A stretch of 64,000 bases of DNA from Mobula hypostoma (Eukaryota), in the NCBI RefSeq assembly GCF_963921235.1, contig NC_086109.1:25360001-25424000 (forward strand), in the 5' to 3' direction. The notes beneath the pieces are model-generated. The model saw only the letters and a list, made by a program, of their open reading frames with translations. It made no database searches and had not been told where the DNA came from. The number at the start of each line of letters is the position of its first letter. The first letter of the stretch is position 1. The translations under genes were made by a program, and so were the position numbers. Positions 1-11,802 of the stretch are shown piece after piece.

Positions 1-1309
1 AACTCTGCTACAGTGGTTGATGGAAAGAACTTGGTCCAAAGAGTGAAAGGTGATCAAGTTACTATCAGAGATGTTGCCAGAACAATTCAGGGTATGGCTC
101 TGAGGGAAGGCAGTCAGAGCAGCAGAATAGATGTTGTGTTCGACACATACAAGGAGAACTCTATTAACAATAGTGAAAGATCTCTATGGGGTGAAGAGAC
201 TGGTCATGAGTTGCCAGGTACCACAGGCACACAGATGGTGAGGCAGTGGAGGAGCTTCCTGACCAAAGTCGGTAACAAAAATAGTCTCATTGGCTTCATA
301 GTCCATGAATGGAGGAAGGTGGAGTACAGAACAAAGCTACAGAAGATTCTGTATGCAACTAAGAATGACAAATGTTACAGAATCACATTTCAAGACAGTG
401 AGGAGGTGTCAGCTCTTCAGTGTCAACAAGAAGAAGCAGCTGGCCGCTTACTTCTCCATGCTGCCCATGCCACAAGAGAGGGACACCAATCTGTAGTGAT
501 TTGCTCAGAAGACACAGATGTCTTTATCATGTCTTTAGCATTTTGTGACAAGATTGAGGCCCCATTGTTCTAGAAGTGTGACACTAGAACCCGTACAAGG
601 CTTGTAGACATCAGGAAGGTTGCTGCCACTGTTGGCATAGAGGTTTGTAGGGCTCTCGTTGGGTTGCACGCATATACAGTATGTGACACTGTAAGCAGGC
701 AAAGGGAAGACAAGTGCCCTAAGATTTCTGACCAGCAACAGGGAAACCCAGAACACATTCTTAGAGTTGGGTCAGGAATGGGACCTCTCCCCAGAACTGA
801 TGGACAAATTGGAGGCATTTACATGTCTCCTGTATGCCCCAAAAGCATTGACCACCAAGGTCAATGAGCTTAGGTATCACCTTTTCTGTGCCAAAAAAGG
901 TGAAATCGAAAGTCATCAACTCCCACCATGCAAGGACTGCTTAACAAAACATGCAAAACGAGCCAACTACCAGGCTGGTATATGGAGAAGATGTTTGGAG
1001 AAGGACCCACAAGGGCCAAGCTCTGTTGGCAGAGGATGGAAGATGGAGAGAGAAGAGGAAGCTGAACAGTTGGTGGTGCACTGGATGGAAGGCCAGCCAG
1101 CACCCGATGCCGTCCTGGATCTACTGGCCTGCAACTGTCCAAAAAAATGTTCACTCCCAAGATGCATGTGTGTTGCAAATGGCCTCAGGTGTACTGACAT
1201 GTGTAGACTGGCAGACTGTGAGAACCAGGCATCCACCTCAGAGAGTGTGGAAAGTTCAGATGATGATGTGGAAGACGTGGAAGACTTGGAAAATTATTAT
1301 GATTATTAA
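1..1309 (+). pseudogene. Disrupted Academ protein C-terminus (XPG-like nuclease plus Cys8/CXC zinc finger)
   Basis: Motifs DVVFDTY, QEEAAGRLLLHAAHA and SEDTDVF. In-frame TAG at 571-573, then GLHAYTVCDTVS, a frameshift near 695, GKGK, LPPC..L..H..RANYQA..W and CNCPKKCSLPRCMCVANGLRCTDMCRLADCEN. Stop at 1309. Confidence 0.8.
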
Positions 1310-1754
1310 TAGGTTATGAAAGTATGGAAAACAAAGTATGGAAAGCAGTCTTTGATTAAATATATTCATTTTACAACCAAATGGAGCCTAGTTTATGGCC
1401 GTGTGGAACCCCACATTTGAATTATTGTACTGTAAGTCTATATGCTATGACAAAAGCTTAAGATTGTTTTGATTTGATACAACAATATGGAAGATATCAT
1501 GACATTGATAAAACTCCAGAAATCTCTCCAAATGAGGTTTTTTTTACCTTTTTTTGGGGGGTAATGTTTTCTGCTGTACTGATGTTAATATGGAATATAT
1601 ACAAAAAGTGATTACTTATTTGAAGTAATAAAGCTACCACTGGGGCAATGCTATCACATATTTTCTAACTCTAGAGGTGTATACCTTGCCAAAAATCACT
1701 ATGAGCATTATTCCCCTCAGATGTTACAGACCAACCCGACTGGCTCGGGGACTA
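1..1754 (+). mobile_element. Academ (AcademX-type) DNA transposon, 3' portion; the element continues left of the window
   Basis: Encodes XPG/FEN1-like nuclease motifs and a C-terminal Cys8 finger. Ends in ...CCGACTGGCTCGGGGACTA at 1754 (reverse complement TAGTCCCCGAGCC), fitting the TAG...CTA type termini of Academ. Confidence 0.75.
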
Positions 1755-2657
1755 AATAGCAATTAGTCAGATTCCATTGCCAAGGCAATATCTAATTCGG
1801 GAAACAATGTGCAGACACTGAGCGACAGATTCCATGTCTGGGTATAAAGGTAAAATTGATCACATTATTCGCTAGTGTGGTAAAATGAACAACTGGTATA
1901 TATTAGAAATTGAGAGAGAGAGAATAGATTAATGTTAATTAGTCCTCTCAGCAGCCTATTGTAATGCATGGCAACACTCCGGTCTCTCCAGATCTAGCTC
2001 CCAGCATAAACTGCTTAAAGCAAAAAATCACAATAGCATTCTTCAAGACTCCAGCTGTAGGAGTTAAATGTTACTCACTTATCCCAACTCTCTGTGCCTG
2101 TGATAGATTTCAATCCATGTGTTGAAATTGGAACTTTTCCCCTTCTGAAGAATAAAAGGATTCTAATTTGTTAATCTCATGTCTTCACAGCCATTGATAT
2201 AAGTTAGGTTTTGAATGATGGTTTTGTTAAAAATGATTATATTTAACTCACATGCAGCAAAAATTGTGGATACGTGGACAGATTCCCAGGCACCCACTGT
2301 TCTTACTTACCAGGAATTAGAGATTAAATTGGGAGTCATGATGAAGGCTCTTTGTGTCGACTCTTTATTCCCCTCCATAGATGCTGCCAGACTTGCTACA
2401 ATCCTCCAGCATTTTGTGTGTGTTGCCCAAAGGTTAAATTACCAGGCATGCTGAAAGTAAACCAAGAGATTTTATCATCGAACTATGAACACAGGTGGAT
2501 GTAGACAGTTAGATGTGTGTACTGACAAATATAGGTGGACCCAAGTAAACGCAAATGGCTGTTGCTGCATAGATGTGGGTGTAGGTTTGTATAGGCAGGT
2601 TTAGGTGACTGCAGGTGGGTTTAAGGTACCAGAGAGTGCAGGTGAATCCAAGAAACT

Positions 2658-2885
2658 GGCACAGTAGCTTAGTGGTTAGCACAACGCTTTAAAGTACAGG
2701 TGACCTGGGTTCAATTCCCACCGGTGCCACTGCCTGTAGAGTTTGTACATTTTCTCCGTGACTGTATGGGTTTCCTCCAGGTGCTCTGGTTTCCACAGTA
2801 TAAAGATGTACTGGCTGGTCCCATAAGTCAGGGGATTTCAGGGTGGCGCGGCTCGAAGGACTGGAAAGGTCTGCTTCCTGCAGTT
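2658..2885 (+). mobile_element. tRNA-derived V-SINE (HE1-like)
   Basis: Box A-like TAGCTTAGTGG and box B-like GGTTCAATTCC, followed by a V-domain-like gagtttgtacattttctccgtgactgtatgggtttcctccaggtgctctggtttcc. Confidence 0.75.
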
Positions 2886-2904
2886 GCTGGGGTTTGAAAG
2901 AAAA

Positions 2905-3278
2905 ATGGGAGATCGCATTGAAACCTATCAAATATTGAAAGGCCTAGATAGAGTTGATGTGGAGAGGTTGCTTCCTATAGTGGGTGAGTCTAGGACCAAA
3001 AGGGACGTCCATTTAGAACAGAGATGAGAAAGAATCTCCTTAGCAGAAGGCAGTTAATCTGTGGACTTCATTGCTACAGACTGATGTGCAAGCCAAGTCA
3101 GTGAGTAAATTCAAAGTGGAGGCCGATAGGTTAATTATTAGTCAAGGCGTTAAAAGCTAAGGGAAGAGGGCAAGAGAATGCAGTTGAGAGAGATAATAAA
3201 TCAGCTGTGACGGAACGGCAGAGTAGACTCAAAGGGCTGAATAGCACAACTCTTTTCCTATTTCATATGGTCTTATGG
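2905..3278 (+). mobile_element. CR1 LINE 3' fragment
   Basis: Similar to the ORF2 C-terminus and 3' UTR (gactc..gggctgaat, tatggtcttatgg tail) of the long CR1 copy at 45389-47856. Confidence 0.75.
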
Positions 3279-3363
3279 TGTGTGCTTCTGGGTGCAGATG
3301 GATACATGACTGTGAGCAGATACAGACAGAGCTTGATGTGTGCAAGTGAAGGTCAGATTGGTT

Positions 3364-3917
3364 ACTCAGCAGGTCGGGCAGCATCCGTGGAAAAAATCAG
3401 TCGACATTTCGGGCCGGAACCTTTCATCAGGACTGTAGAGGGAAGGGGCAGAGGCCCTATAAAGAAGGTGGGGGGAGGGTGGGAAGGAGAAGGCTGGTAG
3501 GTTCCAGGTGAAAAACCAGTAAGGGGAAATATAAAGGGATGGGGGAGGGGAAGCAGGGAGGTGATAGGCAGGAAAGGTGAAGAAGGAATAGAGGAAAACA
3601 CAATGGGTGGAAGAAGGAGCAGCTGCCTATCACTTCCCTCATGGTTCCGCCTCCTTCTTCTACCCAATGTGTTTTCCCCTATTCCTTCTCCACCTTTCCT
3701 GCCTATCACCATCCTGCTTCCCCTCCCCCACCCCGTTATATTTCCTCTTACTCATTTTTCACCTGGAACCTACCAGCCTTCTCCTTCCCACCCTCCCCCC
3801 ACCTCCGGCCCGAAACGTCGACTGATCTCTTCCACGGATGCTGCCCGACCTGCTGAGTTCCTCCAGCGTGTTCTGAGTGTTGCTTTGACCCCAGCATCTG
3901 CAGATTATTTTGTGGTT
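3364..3917. mobile_element. Non-coding Penelope-like derivative built as an inverted repeat, with a hammerhead core
   Basis: Arms ~3364-3619 and ~3651-3858 are reverse complements. 9-bp TSD AGATTGGTT at 3355-3363 and 3918-3926. Minus-strand CTGATGA..GAAAT core at 3406-3430. Confidence 0.8.
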
Positions 3918-5069
3918 AGATTGGTTGATGTGAGTCCAAGTGCAATTAGAGAGGTTGAATGGGCTGATTTGTGCTGTACAGTTTTATGTCTTTTTGATTC
4001 TCTAGGTGAGTATTTTTGATTAGATTAGATTCAACTTTATTTTCATTGTGCCGACTACAGATACAAAGCCAATGAAATACAGTTAGCATCTAACCAGAAA
4101 TGCAAAGAATAGTGTTATTTACAAAATAGGGTATGTTTGCACCAATGGAATTAGGTGGGTATAGGTGAGTGCTGGTCGAATAGTTTGGTACTATTTGATA
4201 CTCCTGCAAGATGGGCAAAGGTGGAACTAAGTAGATGCGGGTGGGTGCTCATGAAATTAGGGGTATACAAATGAATGGGAGTGAAGTCAATGTGTAATGA
4301 ATGAATACAGATGGAGTTAGGTGCCTGTGGAGGTAGAGATACGCATTAGTAGTGGGTTCATGTGATTGCCCTCTAAATCTTGTTACCGCCATGCAAGTGC
4401 CCCTTTGTGTTTCAGCACATTTCCAAAGGAAGTCAGTTTCTCTATTAAACTCATAACCAGTGCTTTCATGGCTGATAAAACACTGTTGTGCTGAAAATTG
4501 CACCAGGGATGGAAGAAACACTGAGTTGGGCTGATGGGGCTTTGTGTAGAGGCAATAGGGGAGAACGATGAACTGAATGGATATTCCATTCCCGACACAC
4601 AAGTACAGACATATAGACCAGCTGTTCAAACAGTCAGACAAATGACTGTCAATAGGTCTTTGGGAGATGTGTGCATCATAATCTCCATCACGCACACAGA
4701 CTTGGCTCTGTGCACACCTACTCATTCATCACCTGTTTGCATCTAATTCTCCAATGAATGAAATTTATTTGAGACATGAACCCAAAACAATGCCAGGGAT
4801 CACAGGTAGTGGCAGGTGTTTGGGGATATCGTGAACTGCAAATTGACTAACAGGGCCTGCCAATTCAGTTGCTTGCTTGAAAACCTAGGTGAAGTTAATA
4901 GATTTTCAAATTTTTTTAAATAGGTGAAATTAATTGATAGATTAGGTGAAGGTGCGTCATTGGAAAGAAAAACCAACGTTGCAGAACACGAGGTGAATGC
5001 TAAAGTGACAAAGCCTCATCAACCTCAGTGAGAGCAGTAAAGGCTGCCCCTGCTCCTTAACCTTTAGAT

Positions 5070-5368
5070 CTGTCACCACTGGGGGTGCAGGAATTCACAT
5101 GAAAAGGGTTGCTGGGCGTGGGTGAGAGAGCACAGGTCAGGGTACTTTTAGCCTTCTTAAGGGATACAGGGGTTTTTTATAGGATATGATGGATAAGCAG
5201 GAATAGGGTACTAGAATGGCCAAAAATGGGAGGATAAAGTGTAGGTTAGTGTGTGTGTGATTGGGTGAAGGGATTTAGAATGTAAGTCTGTCATACACTC
5301 CGCAGCAGAAGGTGGCGGTAACACACCATTAAGCTGGTTGCAACCGCCGTAAAACAAGACGAAGAAGA

Positions 5369-5407
<39 letters not shown>

Positions 5408-5433
5408 AGAAGAAGAAGAAGAAAAAGAAGAAG
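5070..5433 (+). mobile_element. I-group (Nimb-like) LINE 3' end with (GAA)n tail
   Basis: Decayed ORF2-like end ..VRVLLAFLRDTGVFYRI*, a 3' UTR stem GGCGGT..ACCGCC, then TAAAA and a ~75-nt GAA tail. Confidence 0.55.
5361..5433 (+). repeat. (GAA)n microsatellite
   Basis: About 24 GAA/GAG units read directly. Confidence 0.95.
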
Positions 5434-6868
5434 ATCTTTCACCATTCTGGAGGAGTAAGAGGAAATGTATTTAGTGCTGTTGTCACTATAGTAAATTCTC
5501 AGATTCACTAGTATCAGTAACATGAGAGTCAGTAATGTGAAGAGACTTAAGCAATGTACACGAACTGCTGGTGGAAGGCAGCAGGCCAGGCAACATCTAT
5601 AGGAAGAAGTACAGTTGACGTTTTGGGTCGAGACCCTTCGTCAGGACTAACAGAAAAAAGAGATGGTAAGAGATTTGAAAGTGGGAGGGGAAGGGGGAGA
5701 CCCGAAATGATAGGAGAAGACAGGAGGGGGAGGGATGAAGCCAAGAGCTGGGAAGTTGATTGGCGAAAGGGATACAAGACTGGGGAAGGGGGAGTATCAT
5801 GGGATGGAAGGCCTTGGAAGAAAGAAAAGGGGAGGGGAGCGCCAGAGGAAGATGGAGAACAGGCAAGGAGTTATTGTGAGAGGGAAAGAGAGAAAATAAA
5901 TAAATAAATAGGGATGGAGTAAGAAGGGAAGGAGGGGCATTAACAGAAGTTAGAGAAATCAATGTTCATGCCATCAGGTTGGAGGCTACCCAGATAGAAT
6001 ATAAGGTGTTGTTCCTCCAACCTGAGTGTGGCTTCATCTCGACAGTAGAGGAGGCCATGGATTGACATATCGGAATGGGAATGGGACGTGGAATTAAAAT
6101 GTGTGGCCACTGGGAGATCCTGCTTTCTCTGGCAGACAGAGCGTAAGTGTTCAGCGAAGTGGTCTCCCAGTCTGCGTCGGGTCCCACCAATATATAGAAG
6201 GCCACACCGGGAGCACAGGACACCGTATATCACACCAGAAGACTCACAGGTGAAGGGTCGCCTGGAAGGACTGTCTGGGGCCCTGAATGGTGGTGAGGGA
6301 GGAGGTGTAAGGGCACTTGTTCTGCTTACAAGGATAAGTGCTGGGAGGGAGATCGGTGGGAAGGGATGGCGGGGGGGGGACACGAATGAACAAAGGAGTC
6401 ATGTAGTGAGCAATCCCTGTGGAAAGCAGAAAGTTGGGGGGAGGGAAAGATGTGCTTAGTGGTGGGATTCCGTTGGAGATGGCAGAAGTTACAGAGAATT
6501 ATATGTTGGATACGGAGGCTGGTGGGGTGGTAGGTGAGGGCAAGAGGAACCCTATCCCTAGTGGGGTGGCGGGAGGATGGGGTGAGAGCAGATGTGCGTG
6601 AAATGGGAGAGATGTGTTTGAGGGCAGAGTTGATGGTGGAGGAAGGGAAGCCTCTTTCTTTAAAAAAGGAAGACATCTCCTTCATCCTGGAATGAAAAGC
6701 CTCATTCTGAGCGCGGATGCGGTGGAGACGGAGATGAAGCCACACTCAGGTTGGAGGAACTCCACTTTATATTCTGTCTGGGTAGTCTCCAACCTGATGG
6801 CATGAACATTGATTTCTCTAACTTCCATTAATGCTCCCCCTCCCGTTCTTACCCCATCCCTATTTATT

Positions 6869-6938
6869 TATGTATGTATGTATGTATGTATGTATGTATG
6901 TATGTATTTATTTATTTATTCTCTCTCTCTCTCTCTCT
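6869..6938 (+). repeat. Compound (TATG)n/(TTTA)n/(CT)n microsatellite inside the PLE arm
   Basis: Read directly; expanded relative to the mirrored arm at ~5880-5910. Confidence 0.9.
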
Positions 6939-7183
6939 TTCCCTCTCACAATAACTCCTTGTCTGTTCTCCATCTTCCTCTGGTGCTCCCCTCCCCCTTT
7001 CTTTCTTCCAAGGCCATCCGTCCCATGATACTCCCCCTTCTCCAGCCTTGTATCCCTTTTGTCAATCAACTTCCCAGCTCTTAGCTTCATCCCTCCCCCA
7101 CCTGTCTTCTCCTATCATTTCAGGTCTCCCCCTCCCCCCTCCCCCTCCCACTTTCAAATGTCTTACCATCTCTTTTTTTCCGT

Positions 7184-7221
7184 TAGTCCTGACGAAGGGT
7201 CTCAGCCCGAAACGTCGACTG
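7184..7221 (+). ncRNA. Minimal type I hammerhead ribozyme (PLE type), intact core
   Basis: Stem I UAGUC/GACUG, CUGACGA at 7189-7195, stem II GGGU-CUCA-GCCC, GAAAC at 7209-7213 and a GUC triplet. Predicted cut after 7216. Stem III is reduced to the palindrome ACGU. Confidence 0.75.
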
Positions 7222-7464
7222 TACTTCTTCCTATAGATGCTGCCTGACCTGCTGCGTTCCACCAGCATTTTGTGTGTGTTGCTTGAATTTCTAGCATCTG
7301 CAGATATTCTCGTGTTTGTGTTTTTAAATGCAAAGAGACTTTATCAGTTACACTGTCTACAAAAAGTGTAAGCTGGGGTCAGTGCATTTTTTTTAAGACG
7401 GCTCATTTGTGCTTTGTTCTGTTTAACCCTGGTTACATCGCTCTTCCCCTCTTGGACGGGAGAT

Positions 7465-8240
7465 TAACTCAGAATCAGGTTTGTTATCACCAGCATATTT
7501 TCTGAGTCGTGAAGAAGGGTCTCGGCCCAAAACAGTGACTGCTTATTTACTTCCAAAAATGCTGCCTGGCCTGCTGAGTTCCTCCAGCATTTTGTGTTTC
7601 CAGCACCCGCATTCTTTCTTGTGTTTCTGTCGTGAGATTTGCCATTTTGTGGCAGTACAGTACAAGACATAAAAAAATGACGATAAGTTACAATAAAAAT
7701 AGATAAATAAATAGTGTAAAAGATGAGTAACAAGATAGTGTCCACAGATTCATGGACCATTCAGAAGTCTGACAACAGAGGGGAAGAAGCTGAAGACACA
7801 GAGTATGGCTCTTTGGGCTCATGCGCCTCCTCAGTGATGGTACTCATGAGAAGAGGGCATGTCCCAGATACTGAAGGTCCTTAATGATGGATGCTGCCTC
7901 CCTGAGGCATCACCTTTTGATGGTGGGAAGGCTTGTGCCCATGATTGACCTGGCTGGGTCTAAGATCATCTACAGCCTTTTACAACCCTATGCATTGGAG
8001 CCCCCATGCCAGGCAGAGATGCAACCAGTTAGGATGCTTTCCACAGCACATTTGCAGAAATTTGCTGGAGTATTTGGTGACATAGCATATCTCCTCAGAC
8101 TCCTAATAAAGTATAGCCACTGACGTGTCTTCTTCATGATTGCTTCAATGTGATGGGCCGAGAATGGATCCCTCTGAAATATGGAGCTCAGGAACCTCTG
8201 AAATATTAAGCTGCTCACTCTTTCCACTGCTGACCCCTCA
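7465..8240 (-). mobile_element. Rex1/Babar LINE 3' fragment with a nested PLE-derived piece (~7505-7620)
   Basis: Minus-strand peptide ..KKTRQWLYFIRSLRRYAMSPNTPANFCKCAVESILTGCISAWHG matches the Rex1 ORF2 C-terminus seen in other copies here. Confidence 0.7.
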
Positions 8241-9521
8241 ACAAACTCCCATCTGCTCTCACAGATGGATGAAAAGTATTTCAAAACACTTTTGCTAATT
8301 AAGCATTGGAGTTTACTCTCTGCTAGCCTGACGAACACTCAGCCTTCAGTCACCAATTCTACACTGTCATTACCACAGTTCTATTTGTGGGCACTGGTAG
8401 TGTAGAATTTAATAGAAGATATTCTTACATCCATCAGTAATTATAGAAATTACAGGCATTTAAGTAATTAGCAACAGTTACAAACCTTATCTTCTTTTAA
8501 AGCACATATTTAGTTACCTTTTTTTTCTAAAATATTGACAGAATTTAAGCGTCAAAGCCTGTGGGCCAATCTGAAAGCTTGAGAGGTGCTATGTAAAGGC
8601 AAGTTATATGTTATCTGTTAGTAAGGTACTTAAAAGGTTCTCTTCAAATCTTGATTTGCGGTAGACAAGATAAAAACCTGTAGTGGTGAAACTACTATTC
8701 AAATTGTCTCCTATTGCTTATTATTCGCATAAACACTATGGTGCCCAGAGGTCAGAATCCGAAGTACTTCTGCTGTATCATGATCTCCTTCAGGAGAGAA
8801 CGTACTGGTTAAGAAGTCACTGGACTTTCAATCTTGTGAAGAACCTCTTTAAGTACTTAGTCAATGTCAAGCCGAGGATTATGTGAATAAATCTCACCAA
8901 GTCTGTGAAGGCCAAATAAACAAAAATGTAAATTAAGAAGTATTAAGTGGACAGTGCAGGTAATGAAGTAGGCGATGACAAACTTGATATTAAACTTGCA
9001 AGAATATACATAGAAGGTGGACATTAGGAGCCTAGAAAGAAAGTATTGGAAACAGCTGCATGTATTTTGAATAAAGCTGAAAAGAATATTGTTAAAAGAT
9101 CGCAGCATGTTTAAAAAGCACTCTTTAGTTGGGACTGTTTCCATCATTATATTCAATTCTCACATTGCTAATGTTTAATATCATAAATGCTGTACTGTAC
9201 GACATGTAATGTGAAGACACTGCATTAACTATTCCAGACCAAACTCAATGGTCTGAATGGCCTAATTTTGTGCTATATTTTATGGTCTAGTATGAAAGTC
9301 CTGCTGGCAGTTTGTCAAATATCTACAAACTCACTTTCATGGATTCTTTATAAGTCGTATTCTCAGTATGATTTTAATGTGCAGTTTGTATTCTTTTGCA
9401 CATTGCTTGCTTGTTAGTCTGTCTGTTTATATATATTGTTTTTCATAACATTATATTGTATTTTTTTTGTTAGAAACGCCAGCAAGAAAATTAATCTCGA
9501 GGTAGTATATTATGACATATA

Positions 9522-9825
9522 GGCATCCGTTAGTCTCATGAGACCATGGATTCGCGCCTTGGAAGGTATCCAGGGTGCAGGCCTGGGCAAGGTTATATGG
9601 AAGCTCGGCAGTTGCCCATGCTGCAAGTCTCCCCTCTCCACGCCACCGATGTTGTCCAAGGGAAGGGTATTAGGACTCATACAGCTTGGCACCGGTGTCG
9701 TCGCAGAGCAATGTGTGGTTAAGTGCCTTGCTCAAGGATACAACATGCTGCCTCAGCCAAGGCACGAACTAGCGACCTTCAGATCACTAAATGAATGCCT
9801 TAACCACTTGGCCACATGCCAACAC
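9522..9825 (-). mobile_element. tRNA-derived SINE with an RTE-like tail
   Basis: Minus-strand head GTGGCCAAGTGGTTAAGGC (box A) and GTTCG (box B), followed by ccttgagcaaggcacttaac. It sits in a Rex1 3' UTR with duplicated ATTATGACATATA flanks. Confidence 0.65.
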
Positions 9826-10406
9826 ATATACATACAGTACATTATGACATATACATACAGTATTTTGAGAATAAATTTACTGTGACCTTTGAGCCAAAGA
9901 ATTGGTGTTACGGTCCCTAAAAGGTGCACTTCAATGTCACCAAATGTACTGCAGCAGGTGGTGTGTGTTGACATTGCAACACAGGATTAACCTTGGGCTT
10001 CTAGAAGAAGCATGTGCAATTGCTGATGAAAGCAATTTTGGAAAGAAGAGGCTTGCGGTGCAAAAGGAATCCAGTGCCATTTCTTGAAGGCCTAGGAACG
10101 TGGTGGCAACAGAATTGTCCAACTTATAAGAATACGGATTATGCCTGAAGAAATTCCTTAGCCTAACCAGATATGTCAAGGTGAGACATGAATAACACTA
10201 TATTCAGTCTCAACACACTGCATGAACATGTTCACAAATGCCTATTCATTCATCAAATGTAATTTACTCATGTAGCCACAAATGCACATACACCACCATT
10301 GACCAGAACACATAACACAAGAACCAGCTGAGAAACAGACATCTGGAGGGATAAGCTGTAACAAAGTAGAGTTGGGTTGAGTTAATCTCCGATCTTGGCA
10401 ATTTAC

Positions 10407-10450
10407 TTGCAAACGTTTCATCACCATACGAGGAGACATCATCAGTGTGC
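10407..10450 (-). ncRNA. Minimal hammerhead ribozyme of a second PLE family
   Basis: Minus strand reads CA-CUGAUGA-UGUCUCCUCGUAUGGUGAU-GAAAC-GUU-UGC. Stem II is GUCuCC/GGuGAU and stem III is the ACGU palindrome. Confidence 0.6.
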
Positions 10451-10690
10451 TGTTAATTTGTGGTGTGTCCTCTGAATACTTGGCCTTTATATACTTATTA
10501 ATCAGTTGATTAGTCATCATTTCAGAAACTCATTTGTGTTGTGGGGAGGAAATCTCCTCGCTGATTGGTTGTGTGGTGAACTTCATGGGTTGTGCTCTGG
10601 AATTTTGCCCACATTGGCTCAAAAATATGATTGAGGTCTGCGTGTTTGTCCTCAGAGTTGTCTGTGGAAAACCACGCTACTAGGAATTAT

Positions 10691-11699
10691 GCAAACACGA
10701 GGAAATCTGCAGATTCTGGAAATTCAAGCAACACACACAAAAAATGCTGGTGAACGCAGCAGGCCAGGCAGCATCTATAGGAAGAGGTATAGTCGACATT
10801 TTGGGCCGAGACCCTTCGTCCGGACTAACTGAAAGAACAGCTAGTAAGAGATTTGAAAGTGGGAGGGGGAGCGGGAGATCCGAAATGATAGGAGAAGACA
10901 GGAGGGGGAGGGATGGAGCCAAGAGCTGGAAAGTTGATTGGCAAAAGGGATACGAGGCTGGGGAAGGGAGAGGATCATGGGATGGGAGGCCTAGGGAGAA
11001 AGAAAGGGGGAGGGGAGGGAAAAACCCAGAGGATGGGCAAGGAGTTGTAGTTAGAGGGACAGAGGGAGAAAATAGAGAGAGAAAAAAATAAAGAAAGAAA
11101 GAAAGAAAGGAAGAAAAGATGGGGTACGAAGGGGAGGTGGGGCATTATGTAAGTTGGAGAAGTCAGTGTTCATGCCATCTGGTTGGAGGCTACCCAGATG
11201 GAATATAAGGTGTTGATCCTCCAACCTGAGTGTGATTTCATCTTGACAGTAGAGGAGGCCGTGGATAGACATATCAGAATGGGAATGGGACATGGAATTA
11301 AAATGTGTGGCCACTGGGAGATCCTTCTTTCTCTGGTGGACAGAGCATAGATGTTCAGCAAAACGGTCTCCCAGCCTGCGTCGGGTCTCGCCAATATATA
11401 GAAGGCCGCATCGGGAGCACAGGACGCAGTATATCACCCCAGCCGACTCACAGGTGAAGTGTCGCCTCGCCTGGAAGAACTGTCTGGAGCCCTGAATGGT
11501 GGTGAGGGAGGAAGTGTAAGGGCATGTGTAACACCTGTTCCGCTTACGAGGATAAGTGCTGGGAGGGAGATCGGTGGGAAGAGATGGGGGAGACAAATGG
11601 ACAAGGGAGTTGCGTAGGGAGCGATCCCTGCGGAAAGCAGAAGGGGGGGGGAGGGAAAGATGTGTTTAGTGGTGGGATCCCGTTGGAGGTGGCGGAAGT
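10691..11699 (-). mobile_element. Neptune-type Penelope-like retroelement fragment (GIY-YIG plus pseudo-LTR)
   Basis: ORF 11051-11596 has the Cys linker RNRCYTCPY and VIYCVLCSRCGLLYIGETRRRLGDRFAEH. TSD TACTAGGAAT at 10678-10687 and 11700-11709. Mutated hammerhead at ~10797-10823. Confidence 0.85.
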
Positions 11700-11802
11700 T
11701 ACTAGGAATGATCTTACAAGATGCTGTTGCTTGCGCCATGACTTTTACTGATGCCTAGTCGAATTTGTGCTCCTCTCAATTTTCATGGGTAGAGACTCAA
11801 GA

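Larger units (their letters stand above)
2490..4385. repeat. Ancient degenerate ~10-bp minisatellite (GCAGGTGGGT-like), split by later SINE, CR1 and PLE insertions
   Basis: Units gtaggtttgt/ataggcaggt/ttaggtgact/gcaggtgggt at 2581-2620. Similar units resume at about 3280-3363, 3920-4015 and 4130-4385. Confidence 0.45.
5549..7326 (-). mobile_element. Neptune-type Penelope-like retroelement, 5'-truncated, with an inverted pseudo-LTR
   Basis: Minus-strand remnants of the RT end/linker and GIY-YIG endonuclease (VIYGVLCSRCGLLYIGGTRRRLGDHFAEH). Segment 6731-7290 is an inverted copy of 5549-6040. TSD core AAGAGACTT at 5540-5548 and 7333-7341. Confidence 0.85.
10370..11800 (-). mobile_element. Penelope/Poseidon-type PLE 3' fragment, interrupted by a Neptune-type PLE
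   Basis: Joining 11800-11710 to 10690-10590 on the minus strand gives a GIY-YIG C-terminus: EEHKFD*ASVKVMAQ..FLVAWFSTDNSEDKHADLNHIFEPMW. It is followed by its own hammerhead core at 10415-10445. Confidence 0.7.

Noticed and set aside
2658..2730. tRNA gene (also near 34870 and 9760-9820)
   Set aside because: These are SINE heads. The A and B boxes run into SINE body sequence, with no intact cloverleaf.
5329..5523. Leucine-rich ORF resembling a membrane or signal peptide
   Set aside because: It is simply the reverse translation of the (GAA)n tail.
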